Below are positions 43,701-50,077 of a stretch of 64,000 nucleotides of DNA, in pieces. The translations under genes were made by a program, and so were the position numbers. The notes under the pieces are model-generated. The model made no database searches, was not told the DNA's origin, and worked only from the letters and a program-made list of their open reading frames with translations. Numbering within the stretch: position 1 is the first letter of the stretch; every line of letters begins with the position of its first letter. Source of the stretch: an uncultured Candidatus Peribacteria bacterium. Its GTDB lineage: Bacteria; Patescibacteriota; Gracilibacteria; Peribacterales; Peribacteraceae. The DNA lies in assembly GCA_964534205.1 (NCBI GenBank), contig CAZHQF010000004.1, positions 109,436 to 173,435 on the forward strand, in the 5' to 3' direction.

Positions 43701-45916
43701 GAACCGGAGACTGTCTGGAAACTTGCGAGTGAACCTGTGAGCGTGGTGCTGAGTCTGAACGTCGTGGAGTTGAGCACAATTCCCTGACCGGCCGTATACG
43801 TGGTTCCTTCATCGGTCCCGCACACCAGATCTCCGTTAGAGTTGGTATCGAGCGTGTTGCAATTGGTGAGCGAGGTGATACGGACAGACCCCTGGAGGAA
43901 AGTGGCACCATCAACCGCCAGGACTCCGGAAGAACTGAGACGGTTATTGGCGAAGACCGTGGTTCCGGATACGGAACCGAATTCGAGTGTGGCACCGGTG
44001 ATGTTTGTGTTCAGACTGAAACCCGTGCCCGTGAGGGTGATGCCCTGACCGGCGGCGTAGCGGGTGTTTGTATCAACCGGAGCGGAGGAGCACACCAGGT
44101 CGCCATCGGGGTCGGTAGTCAGCATGCCGCAACCGTTAAAGCCGCCACTCGCGAGCTTCAGGCCGCCCTGCAGGAAGGTGTTGCCTTCCACCGCGAGCGA
44201 GCCGGACGAGCGGAGCACACTGTTCGCAAACAGTGTGGAACCAGAAACCGTCTGGAAGGAGAGGACAGAACCCGTGAGTGTGGAACCCAGGCGGAAGGTG
44301 GTGCCGTTCAGGACGATTCCCTGACCGGCGGTGTACGTGGTGTTGGTATCGGCATCGGTTCCGCAGACCAGGTCTCCGTTGGCGTCGGTATCGAGCGAAT
44401 CACAGTTGGTAAGAGCCGTGAGGCGCACGCCGCTCTGGAAGTACGCGTTCCCCTCTATAGAGAGGATGCCGGAGGAAGTCAGGCGGGTGCCGGCGGTGAC
44501 CGTCCGTCCCGAGAGCGTCTGATACGAGGCGAGCGCACCGGTAATCGTGGAGTTGAGAGAGAAGGTGGAGGTAATGGTGTTGAGCGTCAGACCCTGGCCC
44601 GCCTTATAGGTGGAGCCCACTCCCCCTTCATCCGTGCCGCAGACAAAATTGCCGGAAGCATCGGTATCGATGCTATTGCAGTTCTTGAGTGCGGAAACCG
44701 TGAGCGTTGCGCCGGAGAGGTTGCCGCGTACAACCGCAGAACCGGCCACAAGCAGGTTGCCGCTTGTCGAGAGAAGAGAGGAGGCGTGGATCGTGGAACC
44801 GGAGATCGTGCCGGACACGTTGAGTGCAAGCCCGTCGACGAGGATGTTCAGGAGGCCGGTCATGGTGTCGCCAGTCACGTTCACAAAACGCGCATCGGCC
44901 CCGTTCTGATCGAGGCCGCTCTGCACGAGGGTGGTTTCGGTGGAGCCGCCACCGCCTCCCCCGCCTCCGCGTGACGGACGTTCAGCCACGCCACCGCCGG
45001 ATGGAAGCGGTGCAATACCGCGGCCCGGCTGGTACACACCCGGGAAATCCTTCCATACCGCTTTGCCGTTCTCGATCATGAGAATCTGACCGTTCTTGCC
45101 GCCGTTGGGGAGTTTGAGTGCGGCAATGCGGAGATTGAACTCGTTCTGCGTCTGGGCGGTGGACGTGGCGGACTTGAGCACCGGCCACCCGAACCACGTG
45201 GGCTCGGGGATGAACGGCACGGAAGAAGCGGCCTGCACAAGCCTGCGGGACGAGACGGAGGACGACGAACGGGACGATGCTGCCGACGAACGGGAAGAGG
45301 CGGCAGACGAGACGACGGACGAGCGGGACGAAGACGACGCAGCCACCTGGGCAACAACAATGCGGGAAGACGAACTCTGTGCTGCGGCAACGCGGCCAGC
45401 GGAAGACGAAGACGAGCGGACAGCGACGGTGTTCGTTTGCGTGAACGTGGCAATGAGCGACGACGTGAGGTCCCTGCCGTACGGCAGGAAGAACAGGGCA
45501 ATGAGCACGGCGACACCAGCGAGCACCGGTGTGGTGTGGCGCGGCATCGGAGCGGAGAGCACGGTCGACGCGACCGGGTGCTGCTGCGCATGACGGTAGA
45601 GCGCGATCTGGCGCTCGATGTGCGGGAGCGAGTAGGCAGTGGCCCTGGCGATATACTGGCGTACCGTGCCTTTCTCCTCGCGGGAGAGTGACTCGTAGTG
45701 CAGCTGTGAGAGAACACGGGAAATCCACCGGAGCTTCTCCGCACCCGTCAACGCCGACATGTCCTGCGCCGCCGCCTGGTTGTCCAGGACGGAACGCATG
45801 TGGGCCAGTGTCGGAATGTTGGTGTGCACGTGAGTCTGTGTGTTTGTTGTGTTTCCGCGATTCCGCACCCGCGCGCGAAATCTCATGATTTTAGCGATCT
45901 GCTGCAAAAAGCTCAA
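37784..45916 (-). CDS. N-terminal ~2700 aa of the same giant surface fibre gene (cytoplasmic N-domain, TM anchor, Ser-rich spacer, about 25 repeats of ~90 aa)
   Basis: The track start is TTG at 45916. Alternative ATGs lie at 45886 and 45547 (MPRHTTPVLAGVAVLIALFFLPY). The last ~30 codons (ARASVSAPPSPVHSLSSRLSAVQRSTLRTS) are out-of-frame repeat sequence. Confidence 0.85.
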   Translation of the reverse strand: MSFLQQIAKIMRFRARVRNRGNTTNTQTHVHTNIPTLAHMRSVLDNQAAAQDMSALTGAEKLRWISRVLSQLHYESLSREEKGTVRQYIARATAYSLPHIERQIALYRHAQQHPVASTVLSAPMPRHTTPVLAGVAVLIALFFLPYGRDLTSSLIATFTQTNTVAVRSSSSSAGRVAAAQSSSSRIVVAQVAASSSSRSSVVSSAASSRSSAASSRSSSSVSSRRLVQAASSVPFIPEPTWFGWPVLKSATSTAQTQNEFNLRIAALKLPNGGKNGQILMIENGKAVWKDFPGVYQPGRGIAPLPSGGGVAERPSRGGGGGGGGSTETTLVQSGLDQNGADARFVNVTGDTMTGLLNILVDGLALNVSGTISGSTIHASSLLSTSGNLLVAGSAVVRGNLSGATLTVSALKNCNSIDTDASGNFVCGTDEGGVGSTYKAGQGLTLNTITSTFSLNSTITGALASYQTLSGRTVTAGTRLTSSGILSIEGNAYFQSGVRLTALTNCDSLDTDANGDLVCGTDADTNTTYTAGQGIVLNGTTFRLGSTLTGSVLSFQTVSGSTLFANSVLRSSGSLAVEGNTFLQGGLKLASGGFNGCGMLTTDPDGDLVCSSAPVDTNTRYAAGQGITLTGTGFSLNTNITGATLEFGSVSGTTVFANNRLSSSGVLAVDGATFLQGSVRITSLTNCNTLDTNSNGDLVCGTDEGTTYTAGQGIVLNSTTFRLSTTLTGSLASFQTVSGSTLFAQNSLRSSGSLVIQGNGLVKGNLTTRGNLSGATLTVSSLKNCDTLDTDGNGNLICGTDGGSAYVAGQGVTLNGNVFRLNGILTGSLVSFQTISGSTIAAANRLSSSGVLAVEGNSFLQGTVAVTGNTTLSSGLKLASGGFNNCTALSTDSDGDVVCDTDDNTTYTAAQGLTLNGTSFRLNATITGSLLEFTTVSGATVHAQDTLQSSGALAIDGTAYFNSGLRLASGGFNSCGALTTDSSGNLVCSSAVVDTNTRYAAGQGLTLTGTGFSLNTNITGSTLEFASVSGASVSATNRLSSSGVLAVDGNTYLNSGLKLASGGFNGCTALETDADGDVVCGTDDDTNTTYSAGQGLSLNGTTFRLNATVTGSLLKFETISGSTLFAKTSLASSGTLVVQSTGLVKGNLTTRGNLSGATITVSSLRNCNTIDTDASGNFVCGVDETAASGLDIGTADTRYVNISGDTMTGALAIRNGNGTVVVDNGVLLEVLGTASGRVFHAQDELRSSGTLLVEGNSVLQSGLKLASGGFNGCTALATDADGDVICDTDDNTTYSVGRGLTLNGTVITLNTTLTGSLLNFQTVSGSTIAAANRLTSSGVLAVEGNSFLQGTVAVTGNTTLSSGLKLASGGFNNCTALSTDADGDVVCDTDDNTTYTAAQGLTLNGTSFRLNATITGSLLEFTTVSGATVHAQDQLRSSGTLLVEGNSILQSGLRLASGGFNSCTSLETDSSGNITCGTDADTTYNVGRGLTLNGTTITLNTTITGSLVNFTTVSGSTVAAANRLTSSGVLAVDGNTFLQGGLKLASGGFNACGMLTTDADGDLVCSTAVVDTNTRYAAGQGITLTGTGFSLSLNITGSTLEFASVSGATVSATNRLTSSGVLAVDGNTFLQGGLKLASGGFNGCTALETDADGDLVCGSDSDTTYVAGQGVTLNGNVFRLNGILTGSLVSFQTVSGTTIAAANRLSSSGVLAVEGNSFLQGTVAVTGNTTLSSGLKLASGGFNNCTALSTDADGDVVCDTDDNTTYTAAQGLTLNGTSFRLNATITGSLVEFITVSGATVSATDRLTSSGVLAVDGNAFLQGTVRLTALTNCNTLDTNSNGDLVCGTDADTNTQYSAAQGLTLTGTGFRLSANITGSTLEFALVSGATVHAQNTLQSSGALAIDGTAYLNSGLRLASGGFNGCTALATDSSGNVTCDTDDNTTYSVGRGLTLNGTVITLNTTLTGSVVNFQTVSGSLVSAANRLTSSGVLAVDGNAFLQGGLRLASGGFNSCTALSTNSSGDIVCDTDDNTTYTAAQGLTLNGTSFRLNATITGSLLEFVTVSGATVHAQDQLRSSGTLLVEGNSILQSGLRLASGGFNSCTALSTDSSGNITCDTDDNTTYTAAQGLTLNGTSFRLNATITGSLVRFQTVSGSQVFAANYLRSSGALVVENNSILKGNLSVSGTLAVMQNTYLQNGLKLSSGGFNNCSTLETDADGDVVCGTDDNTTYAAGRGLGLTGNVFTLNTTITGSLLEFSTVSGATVSATNRLTSSGILAVEGNSFLQGTVAVTGNTTLSSGLKLASGGFNNCTALSTDADGDVVCDTDDNTTYTAAQGLTLNGTSFRLNATITGSLLEFTTVSGATVSATNRLTSSGVLAVDGNTFLQGGLRLASGGFNNCGVLTTDSSGNLVCSAATSVGKSYSAGQGLTLTGTGFKLNSTITGSLVRFQTVSGSTVTAKSRLTSSGTLSVEGETYLQGQVSVVSDNDVAMTIYNSDATTALVLDMAADDPATYVLDVRYDGITELGVDGDGRIYGDGFFAGDDMLQANSGIRIVSGFNNCGVLTTDSSGNLVCSAATSVGKSYSAGQGLTLTGTGFRLSSTISGSLLKFTTVSGSTLFARSQLLSSGSLSVEGQTYLQSGLRLTSGGFNNCGRLTTDSSGNLVCSSNTAGTQYAAGQGLTLTARASVSAPPSPVHSLSSRLSAVQRSTLRTS
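37871..37878 (-). other. Frameshift site: 1-nt deletion joining or splitting the 2710-aa and 2998-aa ORFs
   Basis: cgtgcggtgag here versus cgtgccggtgag in sister repeats (for example 38141-38152 and 38621-38632). Restoring the missing C gives ...AGQGLTLTGTGFRLSSTITGSLLEFTTVSGATVHAQDQLRSSGSLIVEGSANIDG, which is continuous with the downstream ORF. Confidence 0.8.
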
Positions 45917-46065
45917 TGCACCGAGACCCCCCTACCCCCTCAAAACCACTGAAAATAGTATATTTATGAAACATTTTTTCCTTTTTGGAACCCCCTCAGG
46001 CCATTCCATTTTCAAAAAAATATTTTATAATATACTACTAAAATTCTGCAATCATTCGGCTTTTG

Positions 46066-46113
46066 GCAAATGATGGTGAACATCATCGTCCCGGCGCAGC
46101 AAATGATGGTGAA
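46066..46113. promoter_or_regulatory. Two exact 15-nt direct repeats GCAAATGATGGTGAA in the divergent region between the giant gene and purC
   Basis: Copies at 46066-46080 and 46099-46113, spaced 33 nt start to start, in an AT-rich non-coding stretch. Confidence 0.3.
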
Positions 46114-46317
46114 GGTCAACGGTCGTTTTCCCCTGTTTTTTCACGTCCGGAACACCATCAAAAATAAAGGAAACTACTTTCCAGAAATTTCAAGTCCTTC
46201 ACTTTTCCGGTCCTGGCCCCCTCCCGGCAAAACCGCAAAATCATTTTTGAAAAATGAGAAAAGTGCCTCCCTCACGGATCCGATTTTCACCCTCATCGCG
46301 TCTGCTATCCTCGCCCC

Positions 46318-47292
46318 ATGCACTCCCCCGACACCCTCAAACCCTTTCTCACGACCACCCTCGACCGCACGGATTTCAAGGATCTGGGGAAGAAATACGG
46401 GGGAAAGGTGCGTGATGTGTACGACCAGGGCGAGAACATCATCCTGATCGCCACAGACCGCCAATCGGCGTTTGATAAGCAATGGTGCACGATTCCGTTG
46501 AAAGGACAGGTATTGAATCAGCTCAGCAACTGGTGGTTTGAACAGGTCAAAGACGTGATGCCGACCCACGTGATCGCGACCCCGGACCCGAATGTGACGA
46601 TTGCAAAGAAGCTCAAGATGGTGAAAGTGGAGGTGGTGGTGCGTGCGTACCTGACCGGATCGACTTCCACCTCGGTCTGGGTGAACTACCAGAACGGCAG
46701 CCGCAATTTCTGCGGAAATCCGCTCCCGGACGGCATGAAAAAGAACCAGAAGCTCCCGGAGACCATCTTTACCCCGTCGACAAAGCCCGAATCCGGCCAT
46801 GATGAATCCATGAGCCCGGAGGAGCTGATAGCCCGCGGTGATACGACGCGGGAGGAGATCGATCAGATCAAGACGCTTGCGCTCAAGCTCTTCAAGCGCG
46901 GACAGGAAGTGGCCGCCAAGCGCGGGCTCATCCTCGTGGATACCAAGTACGAGATGGGCTACGACGCGGAGGGAAACCTGTGTGTGGGAGACGAGGTGCA
47001 CACCCCCGATTCCTCCCGCTACTGGGTGGCTGCGAGTTACGATCAGCGCATGGCCGAGGGCAAAGAGCCGGAGAGCCTGGATAAGGAGTTCTTCCGTCTG
47101 TGGCTCAAGAGCGCGGGCTACACCGGTGACGACGGCCCGCAGCCGGAGGTCACCGACGAGGTGCGCGTGATGCTTGGCAGCAAGTACATCGGCCTCTACG
47201 AAAAGATGACCGGCCAGGACTTTGTCATTCCGGCAGATGCAGATGTCGTAGGCCGGATTGAGAAGAACATCCGTGCGTACCTCAAGAAGTAA
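46318..47292 (+). CDS. purC: Phosphoribosylaminoimidazole-succinocarboxamide (SAICAR) synthase, long form
   Basis: GKVRDVYD, ILIATDRQSAFD, VVVRAYLTGS, FTPSTK and LVDTKYEMG motifs. 324 aa. Confidence 0.9.
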   Translation: MHSPDTLKPFLTTTLDRTDFKDLGKKYGGKVRDVYDQGENIILIATDRQSAFDKQWCTIPLKGQVLNQLSNWWFEQVKDVMPTHVIATPDPNVTIAKKLKMVKVEVVVRAYLTGSTSTSVWVNYQNGSRNFCGNPLPDGMKKNQKLPETIFTPSTKPESGHDESMSPEELIARGDTTREEIDQIKTLALKLFKRGQEVAAKRGLILVDTKYEMGYDAEGNLCVGDEVHTPDSSRYWVAASYDQRMAEGKEPESLDKEFFRLWLKSAGYTGDDGPQPEVTDEVRVMLGSKYIGLYEKMTGQDFVIPADADVVGRIEKNIRAYLKK

Positions 47293-47406
47293 ATTCAAAG
47301 CACGAATTTCGAAATCCGAAGGAATGGCAAAATTGAAAATTCGAATTTCTTTCGGATTTAGTGCTTAGGATTTCGAATTTTTTGTGAAAATATGTGCATT
47401 TCCTTT

Positions 47407-47910
47407 TTACAGTTTTAACCTCCATCCTGTCTTGATCCCCCAGTCCGCAACCGTCCCCGCGGGCAGTTCCAGCGCGTAGAGCGCAAATGTTGCGGAAAGA
47501 TACGTACGGCACGGATCCTGCGTGCACGGCTCCATCGTCGCTGCGGAGACAAAGTTCCCTTCAGCGTCGAAGTAGACGATATCCAGGGGGATCAATGTGT
47601 TTTTCATCCAGAAGGAAAGCTGCTGCTCGCTCTCAAACGTGAAGAGCATGCCCGTGCCTTCCGGCAGGACCGTGCGGCCCATGAGTCCGCGCATCTGCTC
47701 CTCCGGTGTGCGCGCATGTTCCACGGTGACAACGGCGGCCTTGTTCTCGGGCGAGAGCAGTTCGATGGTGTTGTCCGCCTGAACATCAGCATCAACGGAA
47801 GACGTCGGTGTGGATCCGGTTTCCGACGGCAGCAGTTCCGTGACGGGCGCAGCTCCACAGGCCGTGAGGAGCAGAGCAAACCCGATGAGAAATGAATGAT
47901 GCTTCATCAT
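47407..47910 (-). CDS. DUF192-family lipoprotein
   Basis: Lipobox LLLTACGA. MRGLMGR..LPEGTGMLF and FWMKNTLIPLDIVYFD motifs. The start overlaps the rpe stop by 4 nt. Confidence 0.8.
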   Translation of the reverse strand: MMKHHSFLIGFALLLTACGAAPVTELLPSETGSTPTSSVDADVQADNTIELLSPENKAAVVTVEHARTPEEQMRGLMGRTVLPEGTGMLFTFESEQQLSFWMKNTLIPLDIVYFDAEGNFVSAATMEPCTQDPCRTYLSATFALYALELPAGTVADWGIKTGWRLKL

Positions 47911-48554
47911 GAGCCACGCAGAACTTTGATCGCCCCGGCGCGGTCGGGGGTGGAGAAAATGAAGCTGGCGGAAACCAGACTGTTGGCACCGGCCTCGCGG
48001 CAGAGCGGAGCGGTATCGGCATCGATGCCGCCATCCATCTGGATTGTGAGCGCGGGGTGTTTCGCACGCAGTTCCCTGACCTTCTGCAAAACATCTCCCA
48101 TGAACGCCTGGCCGGAGAACCCGGGAACGACGGACATCACAAGCACGAGATCGACATCGTTGACCACGTCATCGATGGCAGAGACGGGCGTGGAAGGATT
48201 GATGGCGATGCCGGCCGTGGCCTTCCCTTTCCGGATTTCTGCAATCAACGCCTTGCGGTCCGCAGTGGACGTGACGGCTTCTGCATGGAACGTGATGTGC
48301 TTGGCCTTCACCTTCAGGAACTCCTGGACGCGCGAGGCGGGGTTACTGACCATCAGGTGAATATCCAGAAGCAGATTGGTCTCGATGCACTTGAGCACCG
48401 GCGCCCCGAACGTGAGATTGGGGACAAAATGCCCGTCCATCACATCCACCTGGATGCCGTCGGCGTAGTCTTCGATACTCTCAATCTCCTCCTGCAGCCG
48501 CCCGAGATCGGCGGAGAGGATGGAAGGGACGACGGCGATCTTCGGAGATGGCAT
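47907..48554 (-). CDS. rpe: Ribulose-phosphate 3-epimerase
   Basis: PSILSADLGRLQEE, VDVMDGHFVPNLTFG, HLMV and VMSVVPGFSGQAF motifs. Confidence 0.9.
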   Translation of the reverse strand: MPSPKIAVVPSILSADLGRLQEEIESIEDYADGIQVDVMDGHFVPNLTFGAPVLKCIETNLLLDIHLMVSNPASRVQEFLKVKAKHITFHAEAVTSTADRKALIAEIRKGKATAGIAINPSTPVSAIDDVVNDVDLVLVMSVVPGFSGQAFMGDVLQKVRELRAKHPALTIQMDGGIDADTAPLCREAGANSLVSASFIFSTPDRAGAIKVLRGS

Positions 48555-48697
48555 GGCTGGATGATACGGCTAAAACAGCACGGCAACTATGGGAGGATTA
48601 AAAGAAGAATGCAAATACCGCACTGAGGAGAACAGATGTACCCGAATTCTATATATAGATAGACCGCGAAGCGACGGGTCTCGTGGGTCCCGTCGAT

Positions 48698-48762
48698 GAG
48701 CGCTCCTCTTTAGGGAAGGGTGGGCCCGTGGGAGGGACACCGTAGGTGGCCCTTCCGCGAAT
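48698..48762 (-). repeat. Conserved element immediately after the rpiB stop; second copy at 62792-62855 after the rpsI stop
   Basis: Shared 37-nt core CCGTGGGAGGGACACCG(T/G)AGGTGGCCCTTCCGCGAAT (48726-48762 and 62819-62855), plus weaker upstream similarity (GAGCGC...GGAAGGG). Confidence 0.75.
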
Positions 48763-49232
48763 TACTCGAGATCTTTGATCCTCCGCTCATGCCTGCCACC
48801 CTCAAACGGCGTCTCTAAAAAGATATCGACGATCTTCAGCGCGAGCTCGGGTTTTGTGAGACGTCCGCCCATACTCAGCACGTTCGCATCGTTATGACTG
48901 CGCGCGAGCTTCGCCGTCTCCTCGCTGTAGCAGAGCGCCGCGCGGATGCCGCGGACCTTGTTGGCAGCCATCGCCTCGCCGTTGCCGCTGCCACCGAAGA
49001 TGATGGCCGGTGCCCCGATCTCGAGTGCACGTGCGCACGCCTTGCGGATGATGCCCGGATAATCCACCGGCTCCTCGGAGAACGTGCCTTCATCGAGGAC
49101 ATCGATTTTTTTGGAGAGCAGATGCTTTTTCACGATCTCCTTTAACGCGTATCCGGCGTGATCGGTACCAAGGACGATGCGGGCGGGGGTGGACATACGT
49201 AAAGCGTAGCAGGAAACAGTGATAGATGACAT
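48762..49232 (-). CDS. rpiB: Ribose-5-phosphate isomerase B (RpiB/LacAB family)
   Basis: IVLGTDHAGYALKE and GGSGNGEAMAANKVRGIRAAL motifs. The likely real start is the ATG at 49196 (MSTPARIVLG). Confidence 0.9.
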   Translation of the reverse strand: MSSITVSCYALRMSTPARIVLGTDHAGYALKEIVKKHLLSKKIDVLDEGTFSEEPVDYPGIIRKACARALEIGAPAIIFGGSGNGEAMAANKVRGIRAALCYSEETAKLARSHNDANVLSMGGRLTKPELALKIVDIFLETPFEGGRHERRIKDLE

Positions 49233-49327
49233 TTTGGCTTACAGAAGGGCTCATCAAAGGTTTCCCGGCTGTTTCTTAGGCGACAGATACCTCCGGTTTT
49301 ATACTGGCCGCGTTCCCCCCTAATATT

Positions 49328-49981
49328 GTGAATTCTTCTTCTCAGTATCAGGAAAGCGATGAAATCGTCAGCTATGACGTTTCACCCGGAACCGATGCCA
49401 CACACATAGAGAGGGGTGATATGGCGAAGACTGCCCTGGAGGTGAATGCCAAACCGACAGAAGCCGCACTGGATTCGATGGCGATAACCGCCACAGACAT
49501 CAATCTGCAGATTCTGGCGCTCACAAAAAACATTCCAGCCGAAAATCCGCCGAAACGTGCTGCCTTCAGCGATTGGCACGACCCGTACGTCACGTATCCC
49601 GGAGAAAGGAGAATCACGAGTGACAACGCCACCGAGCTTGAGGAAATCCTGTTTCACAACTGCGCGATCAGATTGGAATCCAGTTACACCGAAAATATTA
49701 AAAAGCGAATCGATGCCGGCGACCTTGAGCGACTGTATACCGAATATCCGTTTGCGCACCGCACTATCCGTATCCGCTGCCTTGCGCGCCAGCCGGAAGC
49801 ACAGAATCTACGAAAGAGGCTCGCAACGAAGGAAGCCTACTCATTCGGAGACAGATTGTTCACGGTCCAATCCTGCAAGGAGGTCCGCGAAGCGTTTTAC
49901 ACGGAAAAGGGGGACAACGGTGTTGATACGCTCCTCGAAGCCGAAATCGAACTGATCCCCGGGGCCATTGTTCTTGAATAA
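49328..49981 (+). CDS. Hypothetical protein
   Basis: 217-aa ORF with a non-ATG start in the track. An internal ATG (MAKTALEV) is possible. No motif recognised. Confidence 0.5.
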   Translation: MNSSSQYQESDEIVSYDVSPGTDATHIERGDMAKTALEVNAKPTEAALDSMAITATDINLQILALTKNIPAENPPKRAAFSDWHDPYVTYPGERRITSDNATELEEILFHNCAIRLESSYTENIKKRIDAGDLERLYTEYPFAHRTIRIRCLARQPEAQNLRKRLATKEAYSFGDRLFTVQSCKEVREAFYTEKGDNGVDTLLEAEIELIPGAIVLE

Positions 49982-50077
49982 GGAGAAAACAGGGTATGCT
50001 CACCGCGTGACCCCCCGCCCCTTCATTGCCCCTCGACGGGCTCGGGGCCTTTACCCGCTTTCCGTGTTTAGAGCTCT

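Noticed and set aside
19900-45000. Regularly spaced repeats that might suggest a CRISPR array or a non-coding satellite.
   Set aside because: The repeat units are 270-1670 nt, are in frame, encode conserved protein modules and have no unique short spacers. No cas genes are present.
15669-45888. Dozens of long plus-strand ORFs inside the giant genes, for example 16425..17984 (519 aa), 19950..21833 (627 aa), 26010..27254 (414 aa), 32241..34220 (659 aa) and 34566..35894 (442 aa).
   Set aside because: They are antisense to uninterrupted 9-13 kb ORFs with clear repeat structure. Their translations are low-complexity (Gly/Arg/Glu/Val/Ala-rich). They are what stop-codon-poor high-GC repetitive DNA would be expected to produce.
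15063-45916. Prophage or phage-tail-like particle locus, suggested by the tail-fibre-like motifs.
   Set aside because: There are no capsid, terminase, portal, sheath/tube, baseplate or integrase genes anywhere in the window. The proteins carry N-terminal membrane anchors and are far larger than phage fibres. I interpret them as cellular surface proteins with fibre-like folds.
45547-45916. A transposase or IS element at the start of the second giant gene.
   Set aside because: Only a short HTH-like similarity exists. There is no DDE/rve catalytic domain and there are no inverted repeats. It is kept only as a low-confidence finding about the N-terminal extension.
46120-46317. A purine or ZTP riboswitch upstream of purC.
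   Set aside because: I could not find the conserved cores, either the purine three-way junction with U/C-rich loops or the ZTP GGGUCGUGAC...CCGCCUGGGC pattern. The region looks unstructured and AT-rich.
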